Source of the DNA: Acidobacteriota bacterium
GTDB taxonomy: Bacteria; Acidobacteriota; UBA890; WLXD01
Direction of reading: 5' to 3'
Length of the DNA: 64,000 bases
NCBI GenBank assembly: GCA_965248695.1
Contig: CBDFKD010000002.1
Location: forward strand, 2,656,001 to 2,720,000
Under the pieces are notes generated by a model. That model was not told where the DNA came from, did no database searches, and saw only the letters and a program-made list of their open reading frames with translations. The position numbers and the translations under genes are program-made. Shown here piece by piece: positions 9,737 to 20,577 of the stretch (its first letter is position 1; each line of letters begins with the position of its first letter).

Positions 9737-11374
9737 ATGCAAGCGGACCTTGTCCTGTTGAACGGCAAGATCGTCACGATGGACGCTGCGGGCTCTGCCG
9801 TCCAAGCGCTGGCGGTCCGAGGCGATCGTTTGATTGCAGTCGGCACGAATGCCGATGTCGAACCCCTGCGCGGCAAGAACACTCGAACGATCGATCTAAA
9901 AGGCCGCATCGTACTTCCGGGGTTCATCGATGCCCACGTCCACGTGGACTGTGCGGCCGTCAACACGAAGCTCGCTACCAGCTGTCACATCCCACCGGTC
10001 GACTACGTCGAAGTTCTCGATACCACCGGGTCCAAGGAAGCCATCCTGAGTTTCGTCAAGCAGGCTGCGCTGGAGACCCACGCCGGGGAGTGGATCATCG
10101 GCCAGGGACGCTTCACGCTCGAAGTCGACGGCAACTCACCCAGCAAGGAGCAACTCGACGCAGTCGCTCCGCGCCACCCCGTCATGATCCGCTACAGCGC
10201 GCATTCACAGCTGCTCAACAGCAAGGCGCTCGAGCTCGTGGGCATCACCCGAGATCGTCCGACGCAAGACGAGCTAGACGAAGTCGCTCCTGGGGCTCGA
10301 GTACGCCGAGATCCTGCAACCGGTGAGCCAACCGGCGTGGTGAACGAGTGCATCGACTGGGTCTTTCCTCGCAGTAGCCCGTGGAAATACGACGAGTTGC
10401 GTCGCGCCATTCGTCAAACCTGCGAGGAAGCAAGTCGTTTCGGCGTCACGGGTATCCACGAGTTCGTGTGCTGGCCCGATAGCGCGCGCGTCTATCAGGA
10501 GCTCTACAGAGATGGAGACTTGCCGCTGCGCGTGCAGCTCTGCCCCTGCGTTTGGGGCCTGATGCAAACGCTGACAATGGACTCCCTGGTGAACCTCGGC
10601 CTACAGACCGGCTTCGGCAACGACTGGATCAAGTTCGGAAGCGCAAAGATCTTTGTCGATGGCGAAGGGCGCGACGCGAACGGAGTCGGTGAAATGTGGC
10701 CTCGAATCGAGCAGGACCGGCTCGATGCCCTCGTTGCCGGCGCCCACCGTGCCGGCATTCGCGTGATGATGCACGCGACATCACGCCAGGGTCAGGACAT
10801 GGCGATCCGCGCCATCGAGGCCGCGCTCAGGGATTTTCCGAAATCGGATCATCGACACCGCATCGAGCATTTCGCGGGCGACTACTGGCCCGAGGGCCTA
10901 GCGCGTTTGAAGCAGTCGGGGATTATTCCCGTTCCGACTCCGTACAGCTCCTGGGGATGGTACGGCGATGCCTGGCTCGACTCTGCCCGGCCGGGCCAAA
11001 AGGCCGTCCCCTATCGATCGCTGTTGGATGAGGGCTTCATGCCACCGGGCAACTCCGATTGCATGGGAACGGAGCCCGAGGCGTTGAATCCGTGGTGGAG
11101 CATCTGGTGTGTCGTGGCGCGCAAGACCCGAAGTGGTCGTTCGATCTGCCCCGAGGAAGGCCTCGACGTGTCGGAGGCGATTCGTCTCTACACGACCTAC
11201 TCTGCCTACGCGGGTTTCGAGGAAGCCAGCAAGGGATCGCTCGAGCCCGGCAAGCTGGCGGATTTGATCGTTCTCTCGGAAGATCCCTTCGAGATTCCCG
11301 TGGATGCGCTGAAAGACGTGCGGGTGAACACCACGGTCGTAGGGGGTCGCGTCGTGCACGAGGGAACGGGCTGA
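9737..11374 (+). CDS. Amidohydrolase_3 (YtcJ/NfdA-like) metallohydrolase
   Basis: DLKGRIVLPGFIDAHVH, KIFVDG, MHA, RIEH, GNSD, KGSLEPGKLADLIVL. Confidence 0.92.
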   Translation: MQADLVLLNGKIVTMDAAGSAVQALAVRGDRLIAVGTNADVEPLRGKNTRTIDLKGRIVLPGFIDAHVHVDCAAVNTKLATSCHIPPVDYVEVLDTTGSKEAILSFVKQAALETHAGEWIIGQGRFTLEVDGNSPSKEQLDAVAPRHPVMIRYSAHSQLLNSKALELVGITRDRPTQDELDEVAPGARVRRDPATGEPTGVVNECIDWVFPRSSPWKYDELRRAIRQTCEEASRFGVTGIHEFVCWPDSARVYQELYRDGDLPLRVQLCPCVWGLMQTLTMDSLVNLGLQTGFGNDWIKFGSAKIFVDGEGRDANGVGEMWPRIEQDRLDALVAGAHRAGIRVMMHATSRQGQDMAIRAIEAALRDFPKSDHRHRIEHFAGDYWPEGLARLKQSGIIPVPTPYSSWGWYGDAWLDSARPGQKAVPYRSLLDEGFMPPGNSDCMGTEPEALNPWWSIWCVVARKTRSGRSICPEEGLDVSEAIRLYTTYSAYAGFEEASKGSLEPGKLADLIVLSEDPFEIPVDALKDVRVNTTVVGGRVVHEGTG

Positions 11375-11406
11375 GATCAGCGCCGCGCCCCTCTGGCGAG
11401 ACGCGT

Positions 11407-12822
11407 TTAACCCTTCGTCTCGAGCCTTCGGACCACCCAATCCGAGGTCCAGTAGACCACGAAGCACAGCACCAACAAGATCACCGGGAAACCGGGCGAC
11501 AGCATTTCCGTGTCCGTACCTCCCGAGACAATGTTGCGGATGATCTCATAAAGCCACAGCCCGATACCGACAGCCAGCGTCAGCGTACCGGGGATCTTGC
11601 GTGCGTCTTTGTGGTACAGCGCCGCCCACAGCACGATGAATGACGGAAGCGTGGCGGCGTAACTGCCCTGTATGAGCTCGAAGGCGCGGGTGCCCGACAG
11701 CGCCAGCCAGGCGCTGGTCACTGCAATGACCACGACGGAGATTCGGGTCAGGGTGATGAGGCTGATGCGGTCCTTGAGAAACGGGCCGACGATGTTTCGC
11801 GCGATCACGCTGGCCGGTGCCAGAAGCCCGCTGTCTACGCTGGAAGTAACCGCGGCGGTGAGGGTCAGCGCGAAGATGACCGACAGGGTCGGCGAGAACA
11901 GCTGCTCCGCCAGCGCCGGGATGACGCCCTGAACGACGGACTCATCGAGTAGCAAGTTGCCGGCAAGCCCGAGGAGAACCGGGAACGCGCCGAAGAAGAT
12001 GTACAGAATCCCGGCTGCGACGGTGGAGCGTGCAGCGGTTCTCGAGGAACGCGCCGCGAACATCCGTTGTGCGAGATCCTGCGTCGCGACGTTGGCGAAC
12101 ACGCCAATGAAGATCAGACCGACCCAGGTTTGCATCTCCTCGAACGAACCCGTGGGAACCCAGACGAGCAGCTCGGCGTCCAGCTGATCGAACAACGCGA
12201 CAGCACCTGAGAACGGACCGCCACCGAGCTCTGCAAGAACACGGAACGTGAGGATGACAATCCCGACCAACAGCAGGCCCAACTGAACGATGTCGGTCAT
12301 CGCGACCGACCACATGCCACCGATCAGCGTGTACAGGGTGAGCACCGTCGTGATCAGGATGACGCCGGTCGAGATCGGCAGGTCGAAATAGACGTTGAGC
12401 ACGCCGGCAAGCCCCAACAGCTGGACCGCGACCCAACCGATGTAGCTGATCGATACGAACGCCTGCAGCTTCTCCGCGATCGTTCCGAACCGCTCGCCGA
12501 TGACATCAGCGAGCGTCAGGAGCTTGGTTTCCCAAAGGGGCCGGGCAAAGAGCCACCCGGACAGGATCAGACAGAACCCGATGCCGATGGGCTCCAGGAC
12601 CGTGATCTGGAGGCCGTCGGTTCGCACCGTATCCGCGGTGACGAGAATGGTCTCCGCGGCGTACCAGGTGGCCATGATCGTGGCCGTCGTCATGAGGCCC
12701 GACAGGCTACGACCAGCGACGATGTAGTCCTCGCCCGTGTGGATTCGCTTGCTGGCCCACACCGAGATCCCCACCATGACGGTGAAGAACACGACGAGGC
12801 CGATCCCTAGTGCCAGTTGCAT
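11407..12822 (-). CDS. Sodium:solute symporter
   Basis: DYIVAGRSL, ATW, YTLIGGMWSVAMTD, QRMFAA, SSVDSGLL; polytopic hydrophobicity. Confidence 0.92.
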   Translation of the reverse strand: MQLALGIGLVVFFTVMVGISVWASKRIHTGEDYIVAGRSLSGLMTTATIMATWYAAETILVTADTVRTDGLQITVLEPIGIGFCLILSGWLFARPLWETKLLTLADVIGERFGTIAEKLQAFVSISYIGWVAVQLLGLAGVLNVYFDLPISTGVILITTVLTLYTLIGGMWSVAMTDIVQLGLLLVGIVILTFRVLAELGGGPFSGAVALFDQLDAELLVWVPTGSFEEMQTWVGLIFIGVFANVATQDLAQRMFAARSSRTAARSTVAAGILYIFFGAFPVLLGLAGNLLLDESVVQGVIPALAEQLFSPTLSVIFALTLTAAVTSSVDSGLLAPASVIARNIVGPFLKDRISLITLTRISVVVIAVTSAWLALSGTRAFELIQGSYAATLPSFIVLWAALYHKDARKIPGTLTLAVGIGLWLYEIIRNIVSGGTDTEMLSPGFPVILLVLCFVVYWTSDWVVRRLETKG

Positions 12823-12909
12823 CGCGACTCGGTTCTTTCCTTCTCAGATCTGCGACATAGGCGTCAGGCGGCGCCGCGGTTCGTTGTCTCCGTTTCGGAG
12901 ATGGCCGAG

Positions 12910-13749
12910 CTACGGTCGATGACCCTCGATCCCCTCCACCTCGGCGATGAAAGTCAAGGTGTGTTCCGTCACCTCATCGGTGACCGACATGTGGCCACGG
13001 TTTTCGTAGCGGACGAAGCGGTGGTGAACACCGGCTGCTTCGAGTGCGGCGGCCATGTCAATGGCCTGCTGGATCGGCACCGCGCGGTCGTCCTCGGAGT
13101 GCAGGAAGAGGATCGGCCTGGTCGCGGGACCGATGTTGTGGATCGGCGAGGCGACCTTGCGGACCTCGTGGTCGTCGCCCTCCATCGGCATCCAGCGGTT
13201 CCCCCATGACAGCGTGTTCAGCTCGTAGGGGCCGGACGCACTGACCACCGCACGCACGTCTCTCCTGGCCTCCTCCCAGCCACCAACCCGCTCGTAGGGA
13301 CCCTCGCCCAGCGTCGCCACCAGGGCTACGAGGTGACCCCCTGAGGAGTTGCCGATCAAGTAGATGCGATCCGGATCGATGTTGTACTCATCGACGTACG
13401 CGTGCACCCACCGGATCGCCGTCTGCACGTCCTGATAGGGAGCCGGCGCCGGCGAGGCACCGACGAGGCGGTAGTCGATCGTCATGGCGAAGAAGCCCCG
13501 GCCGGCCCACTCGACCACTTGGAGCCCGCCGTCGTTGACCCGCTGGCCAGCGCGCCACCCACCTCCGTGCACGTACATGATGACGGGCAGATCCTCGCCG
13601 GCGACCGGGTAGGCGATATCGGCAAGGACGGCGGAGCCTAGTGTGCGGCTGTAGACAACGTCCCGCTCGACGGTCACCGGCACTTGCGCCGGCGCAACCG
13701 TCGGCGCCAGTAGCGTCAGAGCCATGAGGGTAGTGAGAACTCTCGACAT
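12910..13749 (-). CDS. Secreted alpha/beta hydrolase (esterase)
   Basis: Start reassigned to ATG 13749 (MSRVLTTLMALTLLAP signal peptide); HGGGW, GNSSGG, HSEDD..VP, GH. Confidence 0.9.
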   Translation of the reverse strand: MSRVLTTLMALTLLAPTVAPAQVPVTVERDVVYSRTLGSAVLADIAYPVAGEDLPVIMYVHGGGWRAGQRVNDGGLQVVEWAGRGFFAMTIDYRLVGASPAPAPYQDVQTAIRWVHAYVDEYNIDPDRIYLIGNSSGGHLVALVATLGEGPYERVGGWEEARRDVRAVVSASGPYELNTLSWGNRWMPMEGDDHEVRKVASPIHNIGPATRPILFLHSEDDRAVPIQQAIDMAAALEAAGVHHRFVRYENRGHMSVTDEVTEHTLTFIAEVEGIEGHRP

Positions 13750-13889
13750 TCCGATCTCCCGATCGATGGCGTATCTCGAATGCTGGCTGATCTTTTGTTG
13801 GAAGAGGCTCACCCCAAGGTACACCGGAGATCGCCGTTCCGATCGCCACCTACAGCGGCCTCCACGCGCCCGGCGCATGGCTAGCGCTG

Positions 13890-16570
13890 CTACGGATCCG
13901 TCGGCACGAGCCGCTTCAGCTCCTCAAACCAGTTGAGGACAACGACGATATCCGCAGCTTCCTGGCGGCTCTCCCGAACCATCGCGAACTTCAGACCGTC
14001 TGGCGCGATGTCGAAGTTTCGCCGGATTTCGGCCAGCACGACGTAGTCGCCGCCCAACAATGATCGCGCGGTGCCGGGGCGAAGCTCGGCATCGAAGGAG
14101 ACCGGTACGGTCATCAACCGGTTGGCGCTCGGGCTCCAGAACATGAGCTCAGTTCCGTCGGGTCCCCAAAGCGGCGAGTGCCCACCGTCGCTCGAGATTC
14201 GAATCCGCCTGCCTTCGCCGGAAAACGGAACTACGTACACTTCACTGCCGCCGGACTCATAGGACGTGTAGGCGACCCACTGCCCGTCAGGCGAAAAGTC
14301 CGCGTCTGCGTCGATGAACTCCGTCTGTACAAGCGGGCGTGTCTTGTCCGGCTCCGCCACCGGCCGCACCCAGACGTCCCAGTCGGTGGTGAGACCCTGT
14401 TCCGAGTACAGCAGGAAGCGCCCATCGGCAGAGAACGTAGACGCGTACTGCATGTTGGCGCTGGTTGTCAGAAGTTCGGCCGCAGCACGCCCCGCCGTTG
14501 GCCTTCGGAAGAGGTCCGAATACCCGACCCGATGGGAGCTGAACACCAGACTCTCTCCGTCTGCTGCCCATACCGGGCTGTTGTCGTTGGCAGGATGGGT
14601 GGTGAACCGGTCGGAGGTTTTCCGAGTCAGGTCGTAGACCCAGACGTCATCGTCGATTCCGTAGGCGATCTGTCGACCATCAGGCGAGAAGCGAGGCGCA
14701 ACGAAAGGTCCGGGCTCTAGTTGCAGAGGCTGTTCTTGACCGCGCCGATCAACCAGCACCAAACTGCGATCGTTCGGACGAGTCGGGGTGTAAGCGAGTG
14801 TTCCAACAGCAGAGATATCGAAGAACGCTGAACCGGGCCCGATGCCGGTAACGAATACGTCTTCCACCACAACAACGGCAGAGCCCGTTACCTCGAGTCG
14901 CTGCAGGTCGAAAGGCACCGCTACCAACGAATCCCGCCGCCCCATGATCAGATGCCCGGAGGGAGAGTAGTAGGGGTCCGCTCCTACTACCGGCAGCACG
15001 GTGATCTCCCCGTTCGCCAAAGACAGCAGCGCGACCTCTGACTCGTCGAATCGCTGGCTGACGAGGATGTTGAACACCACTGTCTTGCCGTCCGGCAAAA
15101 CGTGTGGCCAGCGATGAGAGTCCAGGGCGGAATCCACCGTGGTGATAGCCCTGTGCTTTCCCCCTCCCGCAGACACTTGCGTGAGACCGGACGCAAGACC
15201 CGCTGCCAGAATGATCGTGTCGTCCGGAGCCCAGCTCGCGCCGCGCAGGAACTCGACGTCGCCGAGCAACAGCGGTGATCCGCCGGCGACCGAGACCTTT
15301 CAGTAGCTTGTTACCGGCGGCGAACCCGATCCACCGGCCGTCCGGCGAGAAGAAGGGATTGTAGCCACCTTCGGTGCCCGCCAAGGGCGTCGCCGACAGT
15401 TCGCCCAATCGCCTCATGTAGAGCCTGTTCACGCCCGCCTCGAGCGCTGCGTATACGAGGTTCCTACCGTCCGGTGAGATCACTACGGATGAAGGGAATC
15501 CGGCCGACTGCAGCTGCACATACGAGGGCACCTCGACGGTCAACTTGGTGGTCAAAGGTGGCGCCGGCGGCCCGGAGGAGCCTGACGCCGCCATCCAAAC
15601 GGCGATGGCTGTCGCTCCGACCACTGCCGCCGCACTCCGCGTCGGAACAACACCTCGCCATGAGAGCTTCACGGCCTGGTCCGACCCGGCGGGTAGGTCG
15701 AGACGGCCGGCGGGATCCGCGAGCGCGGCGACGATGCCGATGCGTGCGTCGGCGATATCGTGCAGGCGTCCATCGGCGTTCTTGGTCAAGCACTGGCGTA
15801 GCAGAAGCCGGATGAGCGGCGAAGTGTCGGACGGTAGGAAATTCCAGTCAGGTTCCCTTTCGAGAATCGCTACCAAGACATCGCTGACCGTGTCGCCATC
15901 GAAGGCGCGCTTGCCGGTCAGCATTTCGTACAGCACACACCCGAAGGACCAGACGTCGGTGCGCTTGTCCATGGGTCTGCCCCGCGCCTGCTCGGGACTC
16001 TTGTAGCAAGCGGTGCCCATGATCACGCCGGTACCGGTTGCTGCCATGATGGTGGGCGAGTGGCTCCTGTCGGCCGACGTCTCGCCGCCATCGACCGCGT
16101 CGGCCTTGGCGAGCCCGAAGTCGAGCACCTTGACCGTCCCGTCGGCCGTCACCTGCACGTTGGCGGGCTTTAGATCGCGATGAACCACACCGGCCTTGAG
16201 CAGCCTCGAACGCCAGTGCAATCCGGCGGGCGATCTCAATAGCCTCACCGACCTCGATGCGACCGGACGCTGCGATCCGCTCGTCGAGGCTCTGCCCCTC
16301 GACCAGCTCCATGGCGATGAAACGCACGCCGGCGGTCTCATCGAACCCGTGGATGGTGGCGATGTTCGGATGATTCAGCGAGGCGAGCAGCTTGGCCTCG
16401 CGCTCGAAGCGTGCCAGCCGGTCGGCGTCGGCAGCGAAGTCCTCGGGTAGCACCTTGATGGCGACATCACGATCCAGCGTCGTATCGCGCGCTCGGTACA
16501 CCTGCCCCATGCCGCCAGCGCCAAGCTGACCGAGAATCTCGTAGTGGCCGAGTTGCGTACCAGGTTCCAT
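13890..16570 (-). pseudogene. Ser/Thr protein kinase with PD40/WD40-like beta-propeller, two frameshifts
   Basis: GAGGMGQVY, VAIKVL, HRDLKPAN, DFGLAK, SPEQ, DVWSFG, then repeated SPDG motifs, spread over three ORFs. Breaks near 16198 (apparent CA loss in AAHKAG) and near 15299 (extra A). Confidence 0.88.
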
Positions 16571-16742
16571 GGCGCTTCCGGAACAGTGTCGGGAGGCGCG
16601 TGAAGCCTACAGCCACCGGAGACGAGATCCAACGTAGACAGCCCCGTATGCTCGCCATCCCGGATTCCGAGCCAGCCCACGGCCCGAGTGCACCCAGAGT
16701 GCACGCAAACGAGCGTCTAGGCACGCTCACCTATCTCCCGAC

Positions 16743-19466
16743 TTACTCCGACCGCATCGCCACCAGCGGATCGACCCTCGTTGCGCGCCGTGCCGGCAGG
16801 TAGCTGGCCAACAATCCCGTCGCCGTCAGGATGACAACGATGCCGCCGAACACGACCGGATCGGCCGGCTGCACCTGGAACAAGACGAACGACAGGAGTC
16901 GCCCCAGCCCCACCGCCAGCACCAGTCCCAGGACCGTCCCCACCGCCAGCTGCTGCATTCCCTGCCGCATCACCAGCCGCAGCACGTCGCCGGGGGCAGC
17001 ACCGAGGGCGACACGCAGCCCGACCTCGTGGGTGCGCTGGCTGACCGAGAACGCCAGCACGCCGTAGAGGCCGACGGTCGCGAGGAACAAAGCCGCGGCA
17101 CCGAAGACGGTGAACATGGTGCCGAAGATACGCAGGAACTGCTGCGTGTTTTCGACGGCCGCAGTGAGTGTTGAAACACCGGAAACCGGCAGGTCGGCGT
17201 CGACGGAAGTGACGGCTCTGCGGACGCCATCCGCCAGCTCTAGCGGGTCGCCGCTGGACCGCACAATCAGGCTCGCGGCCGACGACGGCCGTTGAGCGAA
17301 CGGCGTATAGATCGCTTCGTCGTTGAGGATGAAGATCTGCGCGTCGAGGTATAGGTCGGGCACGACGCCGACGATCGTGTACCAGATGTCATCGTTCCGC
17401 TCCGTCTGACCCGATGTGCGCACCCCACGTATCGCCACCCGCCGCCCGACAACCGACGAGGTTGTTGAATGGGTAGCAACGAACGCTTGATTCACGATGG
17501 CCACCGGCATCCCATCGGCATTGTCGGCCAGTGTGAACGCCCGGCCTTCCAGAATCGGGGCCTTCAGACTGGTGAAGTAGTCTGGATCGATAGCGCCTAT
17601 GCGGGCGCTGGGGTAGTCACGATCCGCCTGATAGGTCTGTCCCTCCACCGCATAGCGTCCGTTGTCGGCGCCGACGACGGGGAGATCCGTGCCAATCGAT
17701 GCAGTGGTGGCACCGGGGAGCGCACGCAATCTGATGCCGAGCTCGTCGAAGAACTGGCGTTGGCTTATGCCATCGGGGTAGTCGGCCGGCGGTAGTGCCA
17801 CCTGCGCCGTGAGCAGCCCGTCGACCTCGAATGCGTAGTCGACGTTGGCCAGATTAGTGACGCTGCGCACCATCAGTCCGGCAGCTACGAGCAAGGCGCA
17901 CGAGAAGGCGACCTCCACTACAACCAGGGTGCGGCTGAGCTTGCCAATGCGGAGACTCGAACCGCCGCGTGAGACGTCTTTGAGAACGTCGCTCATGTCG
18001 GTGCCCGACGCCTGCGCGGCGGGCAAGAGCCCGGAAAGGAGACTGGCTGCGAGCGTCAGACCGAACAAGAACAACAGCACGTCGGGGTCGATGCCGATGT
18101 CGACCCAGAACGGCGGCCCGCCAGGGAGTGCCGCGAGCGTCTGGTTGAACCAATCGATTCCGAGCTTGGCCAGCCCAATGCCGACAGCCGCCCCGAGGCT
18201 GGCGATCATCGCCGCCTCGATCAGCAGCTGGCCGAACAACCGCGCCCGACTGGCGCCGAGTGCGCTGCAAACCGCGACCTCCTTGCTGCGCAAGCTGGCG
18301 CGCGCCAGCAACAGGTTGGCGACGTTGGCGCAGGCGATTACGAGCACCAGCGACACAGCTCCGAGCATGGTGAACAGAAACGGTGTGAGCTGATAGCCGA
18401 TGATCTCGCGCACGAACAGGCCCATGATCATCGTCATGCCCTCGTTCGTGTCAGGGTGCTCCTCGCCGAGACGACGCATGATGCGATCGACGTCGCCTTG
18501 CGCCTGCGCCATCGTGACGCCGTCCGCCAGGCGGCCGACCATGGACATGTTCGGACCTTCACTGCGTCGGAGCGCGTCGATATCGACCTGCAACGGTAGC
18601 CACAGCTGCTGGTTGAACGGGAACTCGAAGCCCTCGGGCATCACCCCGATCACCGTCATCGGGGCACCGTTCACCCGCAACGTGCTGCCAACGGCAGCGC
18701 GTTCACCACCCAGGCGGTCCTGCCAGAACCGATACCCCACCACCACCACCGGCGGTCCACCGGCGGCTTCGTCGGCAGCCGTGAAAGTGCGGCCGCGAGC
18801 GGGTGTCACGCGCAGCAGCGGGAACATGTTGGCGGTTACCGATGCGGCAGTGAGAAACTCCGGCTCCTGTCCCGGCGGGCTCACGTTGGCGGGGACGATC
18901 TCCATGCCGGCGAGGGCTTCGAAGGTCGTCTGGCTCTCGACCAGATCGCGATAGTCATGGATGTGACCGATCAGGCGACTGGGCCCCTCGAGCAAGTTCA
19001 CCCGATTGAGCGCCACGAGCTCGTGCGGCTCGTCGAACGGCAGGCCCTTGAGCAGGACGCCGTTGACGATGCTGAACATCGCCGTGGTCAGACCGATTCC
19101 CAGCCCTACAGCCAGGACCGCAATGGCGGCGAGCCCAGGTTTGTGCACCAGTCGGCGGAAGGCGGTTCTCAGATCGGCGAACAGGTTGCTCATCACAGGA
19201 GTTTCCTCGGACTGGGAGGGAATTCGTTGTCGCGTGTATGGCCCATACGTCAGCCAGGCACGGGGTAACGCAAACGCCGAATCACGTAGCAACTCCGCCG
19301 CGAGCCGGCCGGGGCGACGGCCAGCGCGGTACAGCTCGTCGCGACGGGCCGTCATTGCCTCGAGCACGTCCTCGCCGTACCGGCGTCGGAAGCGACGCGG
19401 GTACAGCGCCAGCAGGAGGCGGAGAAGGAGCGGTGGCCGCGTCGCGGCATCAGGCTGCCGGGGCAC
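16743..19466 (-). CDS. Duplicated MacB/FtsX-type ABC permease (ADOP family)
   Basis: LGIGLTTAMFSIVNGVLL, IACANVANLLLARA, RTHEVGLRVALGA, PARRATRVDPLVAMR. Confidence 0.93.
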   Translation of the reverse strand: MPRQPDAATRPPLLLRLLLALYPRRFRRRYGEDVLEAMTARRDELYRAGRRPGRLAAELLRDSAFALPRAWLTYGPYTRQRIPSQSEETPVMSNLFADLRTAFRRLVHKPGLAAIAVLAVGLGIGLTTAMFSIVNGVLLKGLPFDEPHELVALNRVNLLEGPSRLIGHIHDYRDLVESQTTFEALAGMEIVPANVSPPGQEPEFLTAASVTANMFPLLRVTPARGRTFTAADEAAGGPPVVVVGYRFWQDRLGGERAAVGSTLRVNGAPMTVIGVMPEGFEFPFNQQLWLPLQVDIDALRRSEGPNMSMVGRLADGVTMAQAQGDVDRIMRRLGEEHPDTNEGMTMIMGLFVREIIGYQLTPFLFTMLGAVSLVLVIACANVANLLLARASLRSKEVAVCSALGASRARLFGQLLIEAAMIASLGAAVGIGLAKLGIDWFNQTLAALPGGPPFWVDIGIDPDVLLFLFGLTLAASLLSGLLPAAQASGTDMSDVLKDVSRGGSSLRIGKLSRTLVVVEVAFSCALLVAAGLMVRSVTNLANVDYAFEVDGLLTAQVALPPADYPDGISQRQFFDELGIRLRALPGATTASIGTDLPVVGADNGRYAVEGQTYQADRDYPSARIGAIDPDYFTSLKAPILEGRAFTLADNADGMPVAIVNQAFVATHSTTSSVVGRRVAIRGVRTSGQTERNDDIWYTIVGVVPDLYLDAQIFILNDEAIYTPFAQRPSSAASLIVRSSGDPLELADGVRRAVTSVDADLPVSGVSTLTAAVENTQQFLRIFGTMFTVFGAAALFLATVGLYGVLAFSVSQRTHEVGLRVALGAAPGDVLRLVMRQGMQQLAVGTVLGLVLAVGLGRLLSFVLFQVQPADPVVFGGIVVILTATGLLASYLPARRATRVDPLVAMRSE

Positions 19467-19804
19467 TACAGAACCCGCTTGGCCCGGGCGAAGCTCAGGA
19501 CCTTGGACAGGGTCTCGGCCTCACGCTCGAGCGTCGAGCGGCCGAGATCGGTGAGTCGGTAGTAGCGCCGGCGGCCATGCGCACCGTCGTCGGGACCGCT
19601 CGACTCCTCGATCAGCCCGGAGTCGGCAAGCCGACCCAGCGACCAGTAGAGCGATCCGGGGCCGAGATCGATGCTGCCGTCGGAGCGCTCGGCAACTTCC
19701 TTGGCCATGGAATAGCCATGCCGCTCGCCGTCCACCAGGGTCAACAGCAGGAAGAAGAACGCCGGGGTGATGCGGATCGATGGATCGGAGCCGGTGGAAG
19801 GCAT
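19466..19804 (-). CDS. PadR family transcriptional regulator
   Basis: HGYSM, GPGSLYWSLGRL, RRRYYRLTDLG; its stop overlaps the permease start. Confidence 0.93.
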   Translation of the reverse strand: MPSTGSDPSIRITPAFFFLLLTLVDGERHGYSMAKEVAERSDGSIDLGPGSLYWSLGRLADSGLIEESSGPDDGAHGRRRYYRLTDLGRSTLEREAETLSKVLSFARAKRVL

Positions 19805-20088
19805 AGGGGTGTTCCTCTTGATGCTGTGTTGCTCTGATGCGGTGCTCGCGCGGAAGTGTTCTCATACAGAAACTGTTGTATCGGGTTCTGTAGTAACAAC
19901 GGAGCGGCCGCCGAGAAGTTCCAGAATTTCTCAGTGGACGGGGAGGGTCTGATGAACGTCAGCCCGGCATACCGGCCGAGCCGCGCTCGACCGGCGGTCA
20001 CGCCATGCGCCATGGGGCCACTCCGCGGCCGGCGTCGTAGACTCGATGCGCAACGGAGGCCGCGCAACCCGACGCCGGAGAGAGATAC

Positions 20089-20562
20089 ATGGGAGACGTC
20101 GTCTATCGATCGGAGATCGCGCTGACGCGCAACCGCGGTCCGCTGCGCACGGCAACCATGCCCGGAGGTGAGTCGGTGGACTTCGGCGTGCACGGGGCCA
20201 TCGCGGCGCACTATGGCGTCTCGATGGATGACTTCGACCCCGTGAGCACGACGCTCGATTACATCGTTGCCGCCGCCGCCGGCTGAATGACCGGTACCTT
20301 CGGCGGTGCGCTGGAGAAGCGAGGCATAGCGGCAAGTGACGGGAAGCTGCGATCGACCACTGTCGGCGAGATCGAGTCAGAGGGCGGCACCCTGGTGATT
20401 CGTAGAATCCACGTCGGGTATCACCTCGCCGTCGAGGCGGATGCGGATCGCACCGTCGTTGATCGCGTGCTCGACGTCCACGCCGGCGCCTGCCCGGTGT
20501 ATCGCAGCCTGCACCCGCAGATCGAGATCACGGCGTCGCTCGAGCTCGACCCCGCGGGCTGA
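20089..20562 (+). CDS. OsmC-family peroxiredoxin-like protein, probable selenoprotein (in-frame TGA 20284-20286)
   Basis: Two adjacent in-frame ORFs join as DYIVAAAAG-[TGA]-MTGTF..HAGACPVYRSL. The TGA occupies the first catalytic Cys position of OsmC and the second Cys (CPV) is retained. Confidence 0.82.
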
Positions 20563-20577
20563 GTCGCGCCGCGGTCT

